Shown one piece after another: positions 46,493 to 61,862 of a stretch of DNA of 64,000 nt; within the stretch, counting starts at the first letter, position 1; each line of letters begins with the position of its first letter. This DNA is from Eledone cirrhosa. Its lineage: Eukaryota. The notes beneath the pieces are model-generated. The model saw nothing but the letters and a program-made list of their open reading frames with translations, had not been told where the DNA came from and ran no database searches. Where the stretch lies: positions 34,534,001 through 34,598,000 of the forward strand of contig OZ024743.1 of NCBI GenBank assembly GCA_964016885.1. The letters run 5' to 3'. The position numbers and the translations under genes are program-made.

Positions 46493-47071
46493 TATTCTAA
46501 ATGTTGACAAAAAATGTTTCATAGCTGTATTTTAAAATATATTTGAAACCAGATGGGACCCCTGGACAATGGCGCCTTGTTTCGAATCCTACTTTGCTCA
46601 TATGTACTGATTACTGTCATTTATTGATTTACTTCAAAGATAGTTATATTGTTGCCATGCGATTGGTTAAGCATACAGATGATCGCTTTAATGAAAAAAA
46701 GCTATGTTCCTAGCATTGCTTGTTATTACGGCTCACACCTGCGCAGGTTTTCGAAGCTGCAATTCATAGGAAATATATTTAAGGGTTTAATGATAGAGGA
46801 CCTAATGCTATCATGTCGCTATTTTTCCTGTCGGAATGCACTGAGCCAGAACAGTTAACTGATTCCTGACTTGATATGAATGATTCTGAATTACCTACAC
46901 CCTTTCTTGTATGTGCCTCAAGATGATCCTTGGATTACAAGTTGACACGATAGCCTGCTGCGTTGCATTTTATCCTCTTGTATAAAAAGCATACCTTCCC
47001 TTTCCCCAAAAACACTTTACTCCTTGAACGTGTCAATGTTTTTTTTTGTTGTTTTTTTTTTATCCTTGAAC

Positions 47072-47263
47072 AATAATTGTTTCTACCTTTGGCACAAGGC
47101 CAGCAATTATCCTAGTACATTACTGGTACTTTATTTAATCGACCCCGTAAGGATGAAAGACAAAGTTAACTTCGGCGGGATTTGAACCTAGACCATAAAG
47201 GGCCGTAACTCTTTGCTGCAAAGCATGGTGTCAGACCCTCTACCGGTACTGCCAATCCACCAC
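47072..47263 (-). mobile_element. Full-length SINE family A
   Basis: Head, core and tail. Confidence 0.9.
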
Positions 47264-47458
47264 CAATTTTCCTTGAACAGTAATGTCGTCACGGAAGAAG
47301 CTTTTATTCTATTATCATCTGTTTTAATCGCAGACACTACCAAGTTTAAAGACTGGCCTACATATGCTTGTCGTTTGTCAGCTTCCAATACCTCCACACA
47401 TTAAGCTTTTTATTCATGTTTATGTGTTTTTCTGTTTTTCGACACCGTTAGACACAGT

Positions 47459-49236
47459 TAGCCAAAGTCCCACAACCACTGGTAGCTGCTGTTGAACGTC
47501 TTACCATGAACTGGTACACCAATTTGATCCTTAGAGGTGAGAAGGAGCAAGTTAAGACTGATAAGATACATTACCAGAAGGGCATCTTTCAGGGTGATAG
47601 CTTGTCAGTGCTACTCTTCGTTATCTCACTAAATCCACTATCTTACATACTCAGGAAACAAGGTGGACAAAGAAGTGGGTCCAGAAGTATCTCCCATCTT
47701 TTCTTTGTTGATGACCTGAAGTTGTATAGACCAAATATCAATGACATCAAGAAACAATTGGACCTCATTACACAATTTTCAACAGACATCAAAATGAAAT
47801 TTGGTGAGTCCAAGTGTGCATATTTGGCAGTAAAACGTGGAAGAGCTATGCCCTCCTCTAGAAATCTAGAGATGAACGGCCTGACAATACAACCTCTACA
47901 GTCAGGTGACAACTACAGATATCTTGGACAGGATGAGAATGTCAGATATGATAGATCCATAAATAAGGAGAGAACCAGAACTGAACACCTGAGAAGAGTA
48001 AAGAAAATATGGTCATTAGAACTGTCAGCGTACAACAAATACATTACCCACAATACTTATGCTGTGCCAATTCTAACGCCAACATTTGGCCTGCTAAACT
48101 GGTCATTGCAAGAACTAAGTGAGATGGATGTTAGAACTCGCAAACTTATCAGTGTTACTGGGAACTTTAACATCAATGGTGATGTGGATAGGCTATACTT
48201 CTCACGCAAGGAAGGTGGCCGGGGTCTAAAATCCATATTAACTTCATATGAGACCCGGATAGTAACACTAAAGCAACATCTTCAACAGAGGAAAAAGGTT
48301 GGCAACCATCTTGCCCAGGTTTATGAGCATGAAAAAAAAAATATCATTAGAATAGCGACTGATCTGGAGGAGAGATATGGAATAAAGCCTAATATAAATC
48401 TCTCACCCAGAGAAATTGGAAGATCCTATTCAATGTTCAAACAAGATGAAAAAATTGACCAATTTACAGAAAAGGTTGTGCATGGATACTTAAGACGTAA
48501 AACACAGACAATAGAGGGGATAAACCACTCAAAAAGCCTGGCATGGAGTTCCGACAAGTTTATGACATCACACCTTGAGGGATATCTCTATGCAATACAG
48601 GAACAAGAACTCCCTACCAAATATCTGATGCACAAAAGGGGAGGGCCATCAGCTGGCAATAAATGTAGGCTATGTAAAACAAAGATCGAGGATGTAAGCC
48701 ACATTGTTGCCAGCTGCGAAAGAATGTCATCTCGCTACTACCTCCCCATGAGACACGATGGGATAGCTAGAACCATCTGGAATGCACTTCGAAAAACAAA
48801 ATTAACAACAAGCGAGGAAGAATATATTGAGACAGATAGCATAAAGGAATACTGGTGGAACCTGAAAATAAAAACAGCCACCAAATTAAAGCACAAACGG
48901 CCTCATATTGTTGTTTGACACCACACATTAAAAACGTGTTCTGTTGTGGAGATCAGCTGCCCACTTGATGTAATCGATGTCAGAAAAATACAGGAGAAGG
49001 AGGACATCTATGGACTATTGATGAGGCGTTTACAAATCCAGTATTCAAGATATACCTTTAGCTTCATACCTATCATTATTGGAGCTACGGGTTATATACC
49101 AACCCGCTTGGACCAAAGTATGACTGAACTTGGATTTGCCGACAAAGAGCGCAGCTCCCTAATTCATAGTCCACAAATGGCTGCGATAGCTGTCACCTTC
49201 AAAATTTGCAAAACATTCTTGCGATTCAAGGGATGA
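47459..49236 (+). pseudogene. 5'-truncated R4/Dong-like non-LTR retrotransposon: RT, CCHC knuckle and restriction-like endonuclease
   Basis: GIFQGDSLS, HLFFVDDLKLY, YRYLG, RLYFSRKEGGRGL, CRLC..EDVSHIVASC, RHD, RP.IVV..EISCP, PIIIGATG; ORFs 47506-48918 and 48946-49236 are in frame, separated by one TGA. Confidence 0.92.
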
Positions 49237-49369
49237 CAATTTCTTTTCTTTTACAACCTTGCCACCAGGAAGGTGGCCGGTCAAAAATATATACTCGAAA
49301 TTAAGAGAAAGAAACAACATTCATATATACATACATATATGTATATATATATAACCTGGCCAGCCTGCT

Positions 49370-49443
<74 letters not shown>

Positions 49444-49536
49444 GGAGGTGAGTTTTATTGTAGTACAATAAAGCAATGCAGATATCGGATAAGAAGCACT
49501 CTACAGTTTGTAGGACTGGAGTATACATAATATAAG

Positions 49537-51238
<1,702 letters not shown>

Positions 51239-51598
51239 CGCGGACTGGCCAGGTTGCCAGTTTGCCCAATGGCAAGTAGGCTCCAGGGGGCCCAAGGTAG
51301 CATTACAAGAACCCACAGTAGAATTGCAGCGTCCACTGTAGTATTTTAGGGGCCAATGCTTTGCGTTCAAAAATACCTGAAATCTAAGAGAAAAAATAAG
51401 ATTTAAAAATAAAACAATTATACAATTAAACAAAGTATTTGGTCAGCCAATTTCGCAGGGAATTACTAAAAACCAAAATATATAATAGTGCAAATAGCTG
51501 GAGTCAGTGGTTGTACATTTTTCTAAATCTAAAGCTTAGTGTATTCATTCATGCATGCAAACTTACATATATAGACACATAAGCATATATATATATAT

Positions 51599-51685
<87 letters not shown>

Positions 51686-51841
51686 TATGTATGTATGTAT
51701 ACGTACATACATATATGTATACAGATGTACAGTTGTATGTATATATATACATACATGCACACATATATACATGAACGTATCGATTTACCGAACATTTATT
51801 ATAATGCTCGGTTTGTTTGTTTGTAAACAAACAAACAGCCC

Positions 51842-52484
51842 GAGGTATATGATTTTTAATGCGATGAAATACTAATGATGGTTGGAAAATCACTAACGAA
51901 GGACTATTTTTATCATATGTAACCCATGTGCAACCACGCAGTATTCTTCTTTCTTGTCATGTTTTTTTATATATATATATATGCCTCGGCTGCGTTTGTC
52001 TGTTTCTCTCTTACTGCTTCCCCGTTCTCTTTGTTTCTCTCACCTTCTTTCGTCCCCTCTGTCAGTTACACTTTCTCTCGACTGACCGCTTCCTCGCACT
52101 TCCACTCACTCACTCTCTGTTTCTCCCCTTCTCACTTCCTCCCGTTTGGCTTACAGTGGGTCTCTTCTTGCTTACATCTCACTCACGTCGGACGTCTGTA
52201 CCTTTCGCTCATGAAATCCACCCAGCTTATGCTGACCAGGACTACCATGTTGCTTGTTTTTTTCCTTTCTTTGGTTTGCTTTTATCCTTCTATGTTGTTC
52301 ACTTGTCCCCCTCGCTTTACGCGATTTACTGGTCCCAATAACTTGTTTTAGTTATTGCTCGCACCAACCTGAGGTATATGATTTTTAATGCGATGGATTA
52401 CCAATGATGGTTGGAAAATCACTGACGAAGGACTATTTTTATCATATGTAACCCATGTGCAACCACGCAGTATTCTTCTTTCTT
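51842..52484. mobile_element. Partial-tandem element, 529-bp unit with 114-bp terminal direct repeats
   Basis: 51842-51955 repeated at 52371-52484. Confidence 0.75.
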
Positions 52485-52492
52485 CTCCTGTT

Positions 52493-52523
<31 letters not shown>

Positions 52524-52524
52524 T

Positions 52525-52583
<59 letters not shown>

Positions 52584-52729
52584 ATGCATGAATGAATACA
52601 CTAAGCTTTAGATTTATTCTTACACACAAACTACTGACCAAATAATATTTGGTATCAATGGGTTAAAGACATCTGTCAAATCAATTAGTGGTGAAGGTGG
52701 TGTTTATATATATATGTATATATATATAT

Positions 52730-52823
<94 letters not shown>

Positions 52824-53095
52824 TTGTATGGATGTATGTATGTATGTATATATATATATATATATATTGAGTGAGTGTGTAAGACATTATTGAAAGTCTA
52901 TGGATTTCGCAAAATACATATTTTTTATTGGCGAAGGTAAGATATTTTCCGCAAAAATTTGATTACACTGTTTTGTTTCCCTTTATGTATTTTTTGAAAA
53001 TGTTATTTATTCATTATAAAAATTAAATGATAGCATTCTATATATAGGTGGGCCCCATTCTCCTGGCAACCAATATTTTTAGACCTAATCTGCCA

Positions 53096-53135
<40 letters not shown>

Positions 53136-53138
<3 letters not shown>

Positions 53139-53409
53139 TATTGGTAAACGGAATAGAAAATGCTGACAAATTGTTCACAGTGAAAAATAGTTTAATTAGG
53201 AATAAATGAGAATTAGTAATTGTATTGGTTAGTATTCAGTTTTGGTTTTAAGTTTTACCGGTTGCGCATTTCTAAATGCGCAAACGGTAAAACTTAAAAC
53301 CAAAACTGAATACTAACCAATACAATTACTAATTCTCATTTATTCCTAATTAAACTATTTTTCACTGTGAACAATTTGTCAGCATTTTCTATTCCGTTTA
53401 CCAATATAT
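53136..53409. repeat. 136-bp-arm palindrome with 2-nt loop
   Basis: 53136-53271 vs 53274-53409, one mismatch seen; centre gcgcattt-ct-aaatgcgc. Confidence 0.93.
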
Positions 53410-53439
53410 AATAACTTGTGTGTTATACCTCTATTCTTT

Positions 53440-53490
<51 letters not shown>

Positions 53491-53494
<4 letters not shown>

Positions 53495-53670
53495 TGCATT
53501 AGTGCTGCAGAAACTCGAGTCGGGGAACCTTATAGGCACCCGTTTTACGTGTGTTGTGTTGAGGCAAATAACTAGGTGTATACTCTGGTAATGTATCTTA
53601 CATTGCCCATTGAGTGCGCTGAGATACAACCGGTACTAGCATTGATAAATATGCTGGGTCAACCCTTATT
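53491..53670 (+). mobile_element. Second copy of the 51008-51197 family
   Basis: tgcattagtgctgca-GAAA-CTCGAG-TC-gggg..; flanked by (TA)n. Confidence 0.7.
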
Positions 53671-54430
53671 ATATATATATAATGCCAATCATTGTAAGTT
53701 TGAATCTAACTGACATGCAAAAACATATATATAGGAATAAAGTAAGCCCAAATCATAGTAGATTCAAATACCACAGAGAAAAAGAGAGAGAGGTGGGGAG
53801 AAATGAGGTGCAACAGAAATGAAACATGGATTACAGGTTAAAATATAGTCTAGATAGATGTGAAACAAAACGAGGATGTAGTTTATGGAACACCCAAATG
53901 ATTTAGAAGTCGACCTTAAGTAAGAGTAATAACATTAAGAAAGACATGAACGACACCACAACACTTTGTTTTGTAAATAGGCTTATAAGTAAGAAAGTTC
54001 ATAAGATTTTCGTAGTTGTTTATGTGGCCTAGCGGTAGGTACTAGAGATTGTGGAGATCCTGGCTTTGGGTTCAATCGTGGTCAATGGGTACATGTAACC
54101 TTTTTCAGTTTTTATTTTACAGCCAATAGAAAAAAACTGAAAATGTTTACTGGGAACCTTACTCCCGACTAGGATCACCATCGTCTATGATTCTTGTAAC
54201 GGCAGAGACAGCTACAAAAAAAATATTAATAACCATTACTAAGAATTTTTGGTAATGTTTATCTGTATTTTTTTCTTCAAACTTACATTTTAGACTTGGC
54301 TCCGTTTAAATGATTATTTATCTGGCTGATTTCTACGACTAAGGAGGAAATCAATGGGATAAATTGTGTCTGACTGTTCTTCAAAAGTATAATTTTATAT
54401 ACATATATTATTATTACTATATATATATAT

Positions 54431-54595
54431 AGTAATAATAATAAATTTGAAGACTAAAATCCAAAGAGGGCTCGGTAAGGATAAATATATATAAAATATA
54501 TAAGGACACTAGAGCAAATATTTATTAAAATAACAGATTAAAGTTTAATCAAAGAATCGCTGCTTTCACCCTTAACGGGATCTTCTGAAGATCCC

Positions 54596-54596
<1 letters not shown>
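54431..54596 (-). mobile_element. 3' terminus of the 13034-15090 Penelope family with a 10-bp 5' fold-back
   Basis: Reverse complement of 14937-15090; ends in cgggatcttc-t-gaagatcccg; (TA)n on both sides. Confidence 0.85.
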
Positions 54597-54668
<72 letters not shown>

Positions 54669-54677
<9 letters not shown>

Positions 54678-55514
54678 CGTAAAATAAGAAAATTATAAAA
54701 TTAACTTACTAAAATTTCACTCCCAACTAATTAGTTTCTGAAATGGAATAAATATACTTTCCGAAGAAAATATATTTTCTTCGGAAAGTATATTTATTCC
54801 ATTTCAGAAACTAATTAGTTGGGAGTGAAATTTTAGTAAGTAAGTTAATTTTATAATTTTCTTATTTTACGTCTCTCATATTATTGTTCTGCAACCCCAT
54901 GCATTGAACCACAAAGTTACTAAGACTAAACCTATATATTTTCTAGCATTGATATGCATCTGTATGTATATATATGTTACTAGATATTAATTCTTTATAA
55001 TTATCTCCAAATTATTTGTCGAGCAATATTGGCCAAGACTGCTGCTATGGTAGCAGGCAGGCCGCTGTCTTATTAACAAACCACTTTCCACTGATTGACC
55101 TCGGTGTCACGTGATTGATTCTTTTTGAATTTGCCACCGACGCAGAGGCAGTGATTTTCTCAATGGCTAGGAATTCAGTCCACGCTTTGCTATTTTCTAT
55201 CCACTGAATTATTTTTGTATAAGTTTCCAGAGTCCACGCTTTGCCTGGATACTTAGCTGAGAATAGTCTTCCCTGACGACGAAATGCTTCTCTATATTTT
55301 CTTCGGAAAGTATATTTATTCCATTTCAGAAACTAATTAGTTGGGAGTGAAATTTTAGTAAGTAAGTTAATTTTATAATTTTCTTATTTTACGTCTCTCA
55401 TATTATTGTTCTGCAACCCCATGCATTGAACCACAAAGTTACTAAGACAAAACCTATATATTTGCTAGCATTGATATGCATCTGTATGTTTATATATGTT
55501 ACTAGATATTAATT

Positions 55515-55519
<5 letters not shown>
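54669..55519 (+). mobile_element. Non-coding element: 104-bp 5' fold-back plus partial tandem (522-bp unit)
   Basis: Zero-loop palindrome centred 54772/54773; 54773-54998 repeated at 55295-55519; (TA)n on both sides. Confidence 0.88.
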
Positions 55520-55596
<77 letters not shown>

Positions 55597-55732
55597 AAGT
55601 ATGTATGTATACGTACATACATATATGTATGTACGTATACATACATACTTACATTTAAGTAAGTGCCATACTAAGAGTGAGAAATGAAATTTCGTTTTCA
55701 TTTTTTTTTCAACCTATATATATATATATATA

Positions 55733-56337
55733 TATGAAAGACGTAAAATAAGAAAATTATAAAAATTAACTTACTTACTAAAATTTCACTCCAACTAATT
55801 AGTTTCTGAAAGGGAATAACCATGGTCTCCGAATGGAACGCATGGAGAAAACCTTTTGTCATCAGGAAGTCTGTTCTCAGCTAAGTTCCCAAGCGATGCG
55901 TAGACACAGGGAACTTATACAAAAATAATTCAGTGGGTAGACAAAAGCAAGCGTGGACTAAATTCCAAGACATTGAAAAAATCACTGCCTACTTGGTCGG
56001 TGGCAAATTCAAAAGAATCAATCACGTGACATCGAGGTTAATCAGTGAGGAGTGGGGTGTTTAAAAGACAGTACCGAACCATTACTATGAACTATAGTAG
56101 CAGTTTTGGCAAATTTTTGCTCAACAAAATAATTTGGAGATACCTATGCTAGCAAATATATAGGTTTTGTCTTAGTAACTTTGTGGTTCAATGCAAGGGG
56201 ATGCAGAACAATTATATGAAAGACGTAAAATAACAAAATTATAAAAATTAACTTACTTACTAAAATTTCACTCCAACTAATTAGTTTCTGAAAGGGAATA
56301 AACATGGTTTCCGAATGGAACGCATGGAGAAAACCTT
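55733..56337 (-). mobile_element. Diverged second copy of the 54669-55519 family, partial tandem (482-bp unit)
   Basis: 55735-55855 repeated at 56217-56337; reverse-complement homology to 54773-55400. Confidence 0.85.
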
Positions 56338-56387
56338 ATATATATACCCACATACCTCTAGGATTAACTTTATATGCATACACGTTT

Positions 56388-56908
56388 ACATATATATTTA
56401 TGTACATAATAATTCATACAGCATATGGCGTTTATTTCTTTACATAGATACACATCTTGCGCTTATTTCTTTACTTAGATATATATACATGTCGTCATGC
56501 ATACTTTTATCAGGTATTTAAGTATAGTTAGAATTAACCTAAACGATTTATGTAACTATAGATAAGCATCCGGGTAACTTCGAAAGATACTAAGACATAA
56601 CTTAACATCTGAAATGTATAGGAGGTTATGTTAGATATTCCGGGCTTGTGTCAGTCATATATATTTATGTACATAATAATTCATACAGCATATTGCGTTT
56701 ATTTCTTTACATAGATATATTATACACAACATCTTGCGCTTATTTCTTTACTTAGATATATATACATGTCGTTATACATACCTTTAAACCTAAACGATTT
56801 ATGTAACTATAGATAAGCATCCAGATAACTTTGAAAGATACTAAGACATAATTTAACATCTGAAATGTGTGGGAGGTTATGTTAGATATTCCGGGCTTGT
56901 GTCAGTCA
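56388..56908. repeat. Tandem duplication of a ~250-270-bp unit
   Basis: tatttatgtacataataattcatacagc..ccgggcttgtgtcagtca occurs twice with indels. Confidence 0.85.
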
Positions 56909-57485
56909 GTAGATGTGCTTATATGTGTGTGTACGATGGCATGTATGTTTGTGTGTGATGGCATGTGTGTGTGTAGTTGTATTAATTGGTATGGTAACGC
57001 CGTAAATATAACGGGGAATATCGGAGTGGTGCCCTGATGCGAGGGTGAGGAACTGTTGTAAATAGGAATGAAGAAAACATGTTTAATGCGAGAATCATTT
57101 AATAACTTCATGCTTTATCACTTCAATTTGCATACTTCTTTGAAAGATGAAACTGTTTCCGTATGGAGTATATTGGCGAAGAGGGGTGGTGAGAGCAAGT
57201 GGAAAGTTGCCATCTATAAATATCATTAAGTGCGGAGACGGTGAAATTAGCGTGTTCCTCTTGGTGATGGGGAATGGTAAAGTTTACTGCAAGTCAGAGA
57301 GATTTATAACATCGTTTCGACATTATATTTGTTGTTAGATTCTTTCCATTGCATAAAAAATTGTAGCCATGACTGAGAAAGTTGATAAAACAACCCCCTG
57401 AATGCCTTACAATATGCCTTTTGTCCAGACTCAAAATCTACAACTTGTTGAATTTTCCTTTCATCTCTCCGTTGATTCTTTTGAT

Positions 57486-57609
<124 letters not shown>

Positions 57610-58239
57610 TATATATATATGTATATATATGTGTGTATGTGTGTATTATATATATATATTTCTCTCTCTCTCTATATATATATATAAAATTTAAAGAGTA
57701 TATACATATTAACTAGACAAAGCCATAGGTATATATATGTTTTTGGCAACCATTCACGGTGTGGCTCAATGACGAATTGACCACTAGCCACGTGATGATT
57801 CTTAGCCATTTTGAATTCGTTTCTGGCGGCGATCATGTAAGAAAAATCTTTGTCCAATTGAGTTATCTCCTGATGATTTCCAACTTCGTTGATTTATCCA
57901 AGATCGGATATATCCAAAAATGGAATGAAACCACAGGAGGTAGAGATATTTTGATGATTTTGATAAGGTTTATGTACATTTTTTCTTCTAACTTTGATTT
58001 TGTACCTAATTATGTATGGTTAAATATATGGCTAGTCAATTTCTACAGGCTATCAGAAATACTAGGTAAATTTTCTGTAGCTATGAATCGCGGATAAAAA
58101 GCTATATCATTTATCTATTGTTTCTTCATAAGCATATTTTAAACTTATAGCCTCGTTTAAATGATTTTTTGTGTGGTTGATTTATGCTGATTGGGAGAAG
58201 AAATACTGAATATATTTTGTCTAATCATTCTATGGACTT

Positions 58240-58294
<55 letters not shown>

Positions 58295-58559
58295 CCTTTC
58301 ATCTATAGAATAACGTATCAATAAGATAAAGTACCATTCAAATGCTGAAGTTGATATGATCGACCTTTTCCTCCTTCTCTTCACCTGTTAGGTGAAACCT
58401 TGTGTTTATGTTAGAAGTGATAACAATTATTTATTAGGACTTCGAATATTCAACCGTGCAGCTAATAATCTCGGTAATATAAGCGAATCTGTCCGTGAGG
58501 GTTAGCAGAATGAGTGTGATACAATGAATCCAGAATGACTGAGCCATGAGCAACCCACT

Positions 58560-58630
58560 GCGTCTCCCTTGCAATCCTCCGGGGAAACGCCTTCTCCATC
58601 CTGTCCGCCGGGGTTGTGGGGAGGCCACCG
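58560..58630 (+). mobile_element. Short CRE-like 3' fragment
   Basis: atcctccggggaaacgccttctccatcctgt shared with 42670-42820. Confidence 0.6.
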
Positions 58631-59324
58631 ATATGATTGACTGACTTGTCATTTTATCAGTCAGATACTCACTCATCCACTCTTCACCCCAATTCTACAC
58701 TTATCACTTTCTACCGTGTGGTCCATTACAATACTATTTTTTAATAGTCTGTTAAGACTGGATGGTAAGTATTCTCAAGGAAGAGAAATAAGGATTTCTG
58801 GTTTAGGCACAAGGCCAGCAATTGAAGGGAAGGGGGAAAGTCGATTACATCGACCCCAGTACGTTACTGGTACTTTATCGACCTCGGTTAGATAGAAACT
58901 TTATTTCGAGTATAATTTTCTTTATCTTATCAAATCTTCTTCTCTATAGGGAGTTCTTTCTCTGCATCTATCAGACAGTTATGCCTTCTTTTCCTTAACC
59001 CTTAACTTATGTTGGAATCGTAGGGGCATTGTCGTTACATCAGTATGTTTTGGGGCATTTCCACCCGGCAGAACCCATCCCTCATCAAGTTGGAATACAG
59101 CCGAGTGATAAGAGAGCAAGAGAGAAGGGGCGAAAGACTCCTGAATTGGACTGGTACTTTATCTATCTGCCTCGAAAAGATGAAAGGCGAAGTCATCGAA
59201 GGGAGTTTGAAACTCAGAATGCAGAGACCCAGAACAAATACGGTGAAGCACTCTATCTAACGATCTAAAAACTCTGCCAATTCGCTGCCTTCAAGCTTGA
59301 TATATATATTAATATGAAACGACT

Positions 59325-59632
59325 GTGAGGGTACGAGGCTTAGATTTGAAGGTGTTCGGCTCACAATTGTATTGTTTGTCGTTCGTTGTCCTTGAGGAAG
59401 ACATTTTATTTCATGTTCATCCAGTACACTCATCTGGAAAATATGAGTTGTATCTGTAATTCGAAGGACCAGCTTTGTCAAGCGCCTTATTACGCTAAAT
59501 CTCCCTTAGAACTACTTTAAGATTCTACTGGCTGTAGAACACTCACTCATTTACACGTTAATTTCAAAGTAGGCATTTCCGTTGATTGAATCAACTGGAG
59601 CACTCGCCATCGGAACCGACGGGGATCCAACA
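59325..59632 (+). mobile_element. SINE family B copy
   Basis: tgtccttgaggaagacattttatttcatgtt and aattcgaaggaccagc; related segments at 21960-22095 and 43490-43680. Confidence 0.6.
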
Positions 59633-60797
59633 CACACACACTCTATAAAAGGATTGAGTTTTTTTGTTTTTTTTTCGTATAAAACAGACTACGTAACACA
59701 TCATAGAGTATATGAATTAATTAATTAATTTAATATTTTTAGAAGTAAATATTAATATTTCTCTATTTCAATGTAAGAATATATGTGTTTTCACCTAAGT
59801 TTAAATTGTATAGTGTTTTAGCTTTCATACCGATTTTTCATAATCAATTCAAATGCGATGTATTAGGTAAATATCATTGTTCATATAAGAGTGTACCTTG
59901 TGTTTCTTAGTATTTCTCACAAATTTCATAGCGAAAATTTTTTATACGAGTTTGACATTTTGAATAGAACATTTATAATGATCTTAAACTATTCTGTGCT
60001 GTTTATTATAATAACCCTGTCGTTTCTCTGAAGTTTCTCTTGCTGGGATAAATTGTTACTTAATGCCTGATTAGTTGCTCAATGTTTGATGTTTCTGAAA
60101 ACTTTCCAACTGCATTGATCTATTTATTGTTCCATATTACATCACGTTTCCGTCTATATGCAATGGACAGCGGGGGTTTCTTTATTTTTTTTACCTGTAA
60201 TAACTGGCCATGAGCACGTGACAAAGGCAGCAATAATGTTTATGATATACAATGTGCAAAAAAATAAAATAAAATTCACTATTTCAAAGCGAAAATTGGC
60301 AATCAATTTACTCGTTGGCGTTTTATTAAAATTCACCTTGATGTTGTCAGATTTTGTAAACCTCCAGTATTTTGATGAGCTTCTCATGCGTGAGTGAATC
60401 GATTGCTTTTACGTGATTAAATTCTTAGATAAGATTAGTTATACAGCCGCCAATAAAATATTTGGATAACGATTTGGTCCATTGATCAAGTAGACTTTAG
60501 TATATACCGTCTAACATTCTAATGGACTATATTTCTTTTAGTTTACTATTATAACCATTATCGCATCGATGGGTCGTTATATTCGTTTGTGGAATATTCC
60601 TGACTAAAGCATTTGTTAATTCCCAGCCAAGCTTTCGTTCAAATCTAGGCTTCATGATGTTAAAAATACAGATATGTTTTTAATGTTAAAACTGTTACAA
60701 CCATTTTTGAATGGTGTCTACAACCACTATAAAAAGATTAACACCAATAACAACATAAATAAGAAATATTACTTAATCTTTCTTTATTTAAGAAATT

Positions 60798-60981
60798 TAA
60801 TTGTTTCTACTTTTGGCACAAAGCCAGCAATTATCCAGTACATTACTGGTACTTTATTTTATCGACCCCGTATGGAGAAAAGGCAAAGTTAACTTCGGCG
60901 GGATTTGAGCTTACGTAAAGGGACGTAACTATGCTGGAAAGCATGTCCGACACCTCTACCGATACTGCCAATTCACCGCCC
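60798..60981 (-). mobile_element. Full-length SINE family A
   Basis: Head, core and tail. Confidence 0.87.
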
Positions 60982-61348
60982 TTTAATTCAGAAATATAAT
61001 GCTGTTAGTATCGGAAAGGCAATATTCTATGTTACTGGTGAGCATATAGCAGTCGGATACGTGGGTTGAGTAAAAAAACTGGCCGAGACGAACAAGCATA
61101 CCACAGCTGGACAATATCATCTATATTGTCTACAGCTGGACAATATCATCTATATTGTCTACAGCTGGACAGACAGAGAAATGCTTCGACAAGTGATCAA
61201 CAGAAAAATTTTCTGGACGCAGTGTCCAGAAATAGCCGTCGAAACTGCTTGAGCTCTGCCGTCGGGGTCCTGACTCTTTTCGTATATATATATAGATAGA
61301 TATATATATAAAAACACTTACAAACGCATATATGCATGCATAAAGACA

Positions 61349-61393
<45 letters not shown>

Positions 61394-61397
61394 ACAC

Positions 61398-61489
<92 letters not shown>

Positions 61490-61862
61490 GTGTGCGTGTA
61501 GTCGTATATGTTTTATTTTGATAATTCTATTTCTATTCGTCTGGCGCACAAAAATAAACCTGTCTGGCACACCAAGCTTCTGTTATTGGCCCGGTAACGA
61601 TTGTAGCAATTACTGGAGCTAGGTGTGTATATAGGACGGAAGAATACGAAGGGAATGACATTTGATGGTTCAGGCAGGGTGTAAGGAGGAGGGTGTAAAG
61701 ATGCTTTTTTTAGATTCGATGAAAGTTGAGGGGAAATAATATTTTGTTTGAGAAGAGTAACAAATATATTTTTTTAAATGGAGAAAAATCCATTTCGTGC
61801 CTGAGGAATTAAATAGAATTAAATAAAGCAAAATTAAATTTAAAAGAAAAGCTCATCATCAT

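Noticed and set aside
51870-51912. Hammerhead in the 529-bp partial-tandem family
   Set aside because: Only degenerate fragments (ctaatga, ctgacga, gaag) without a coherent three-stem fold
54020-54095. tRNA gene
   Set aside because: A/B-box-like motifs only, with no consistent cloverleaf; probably a decayed SINE head
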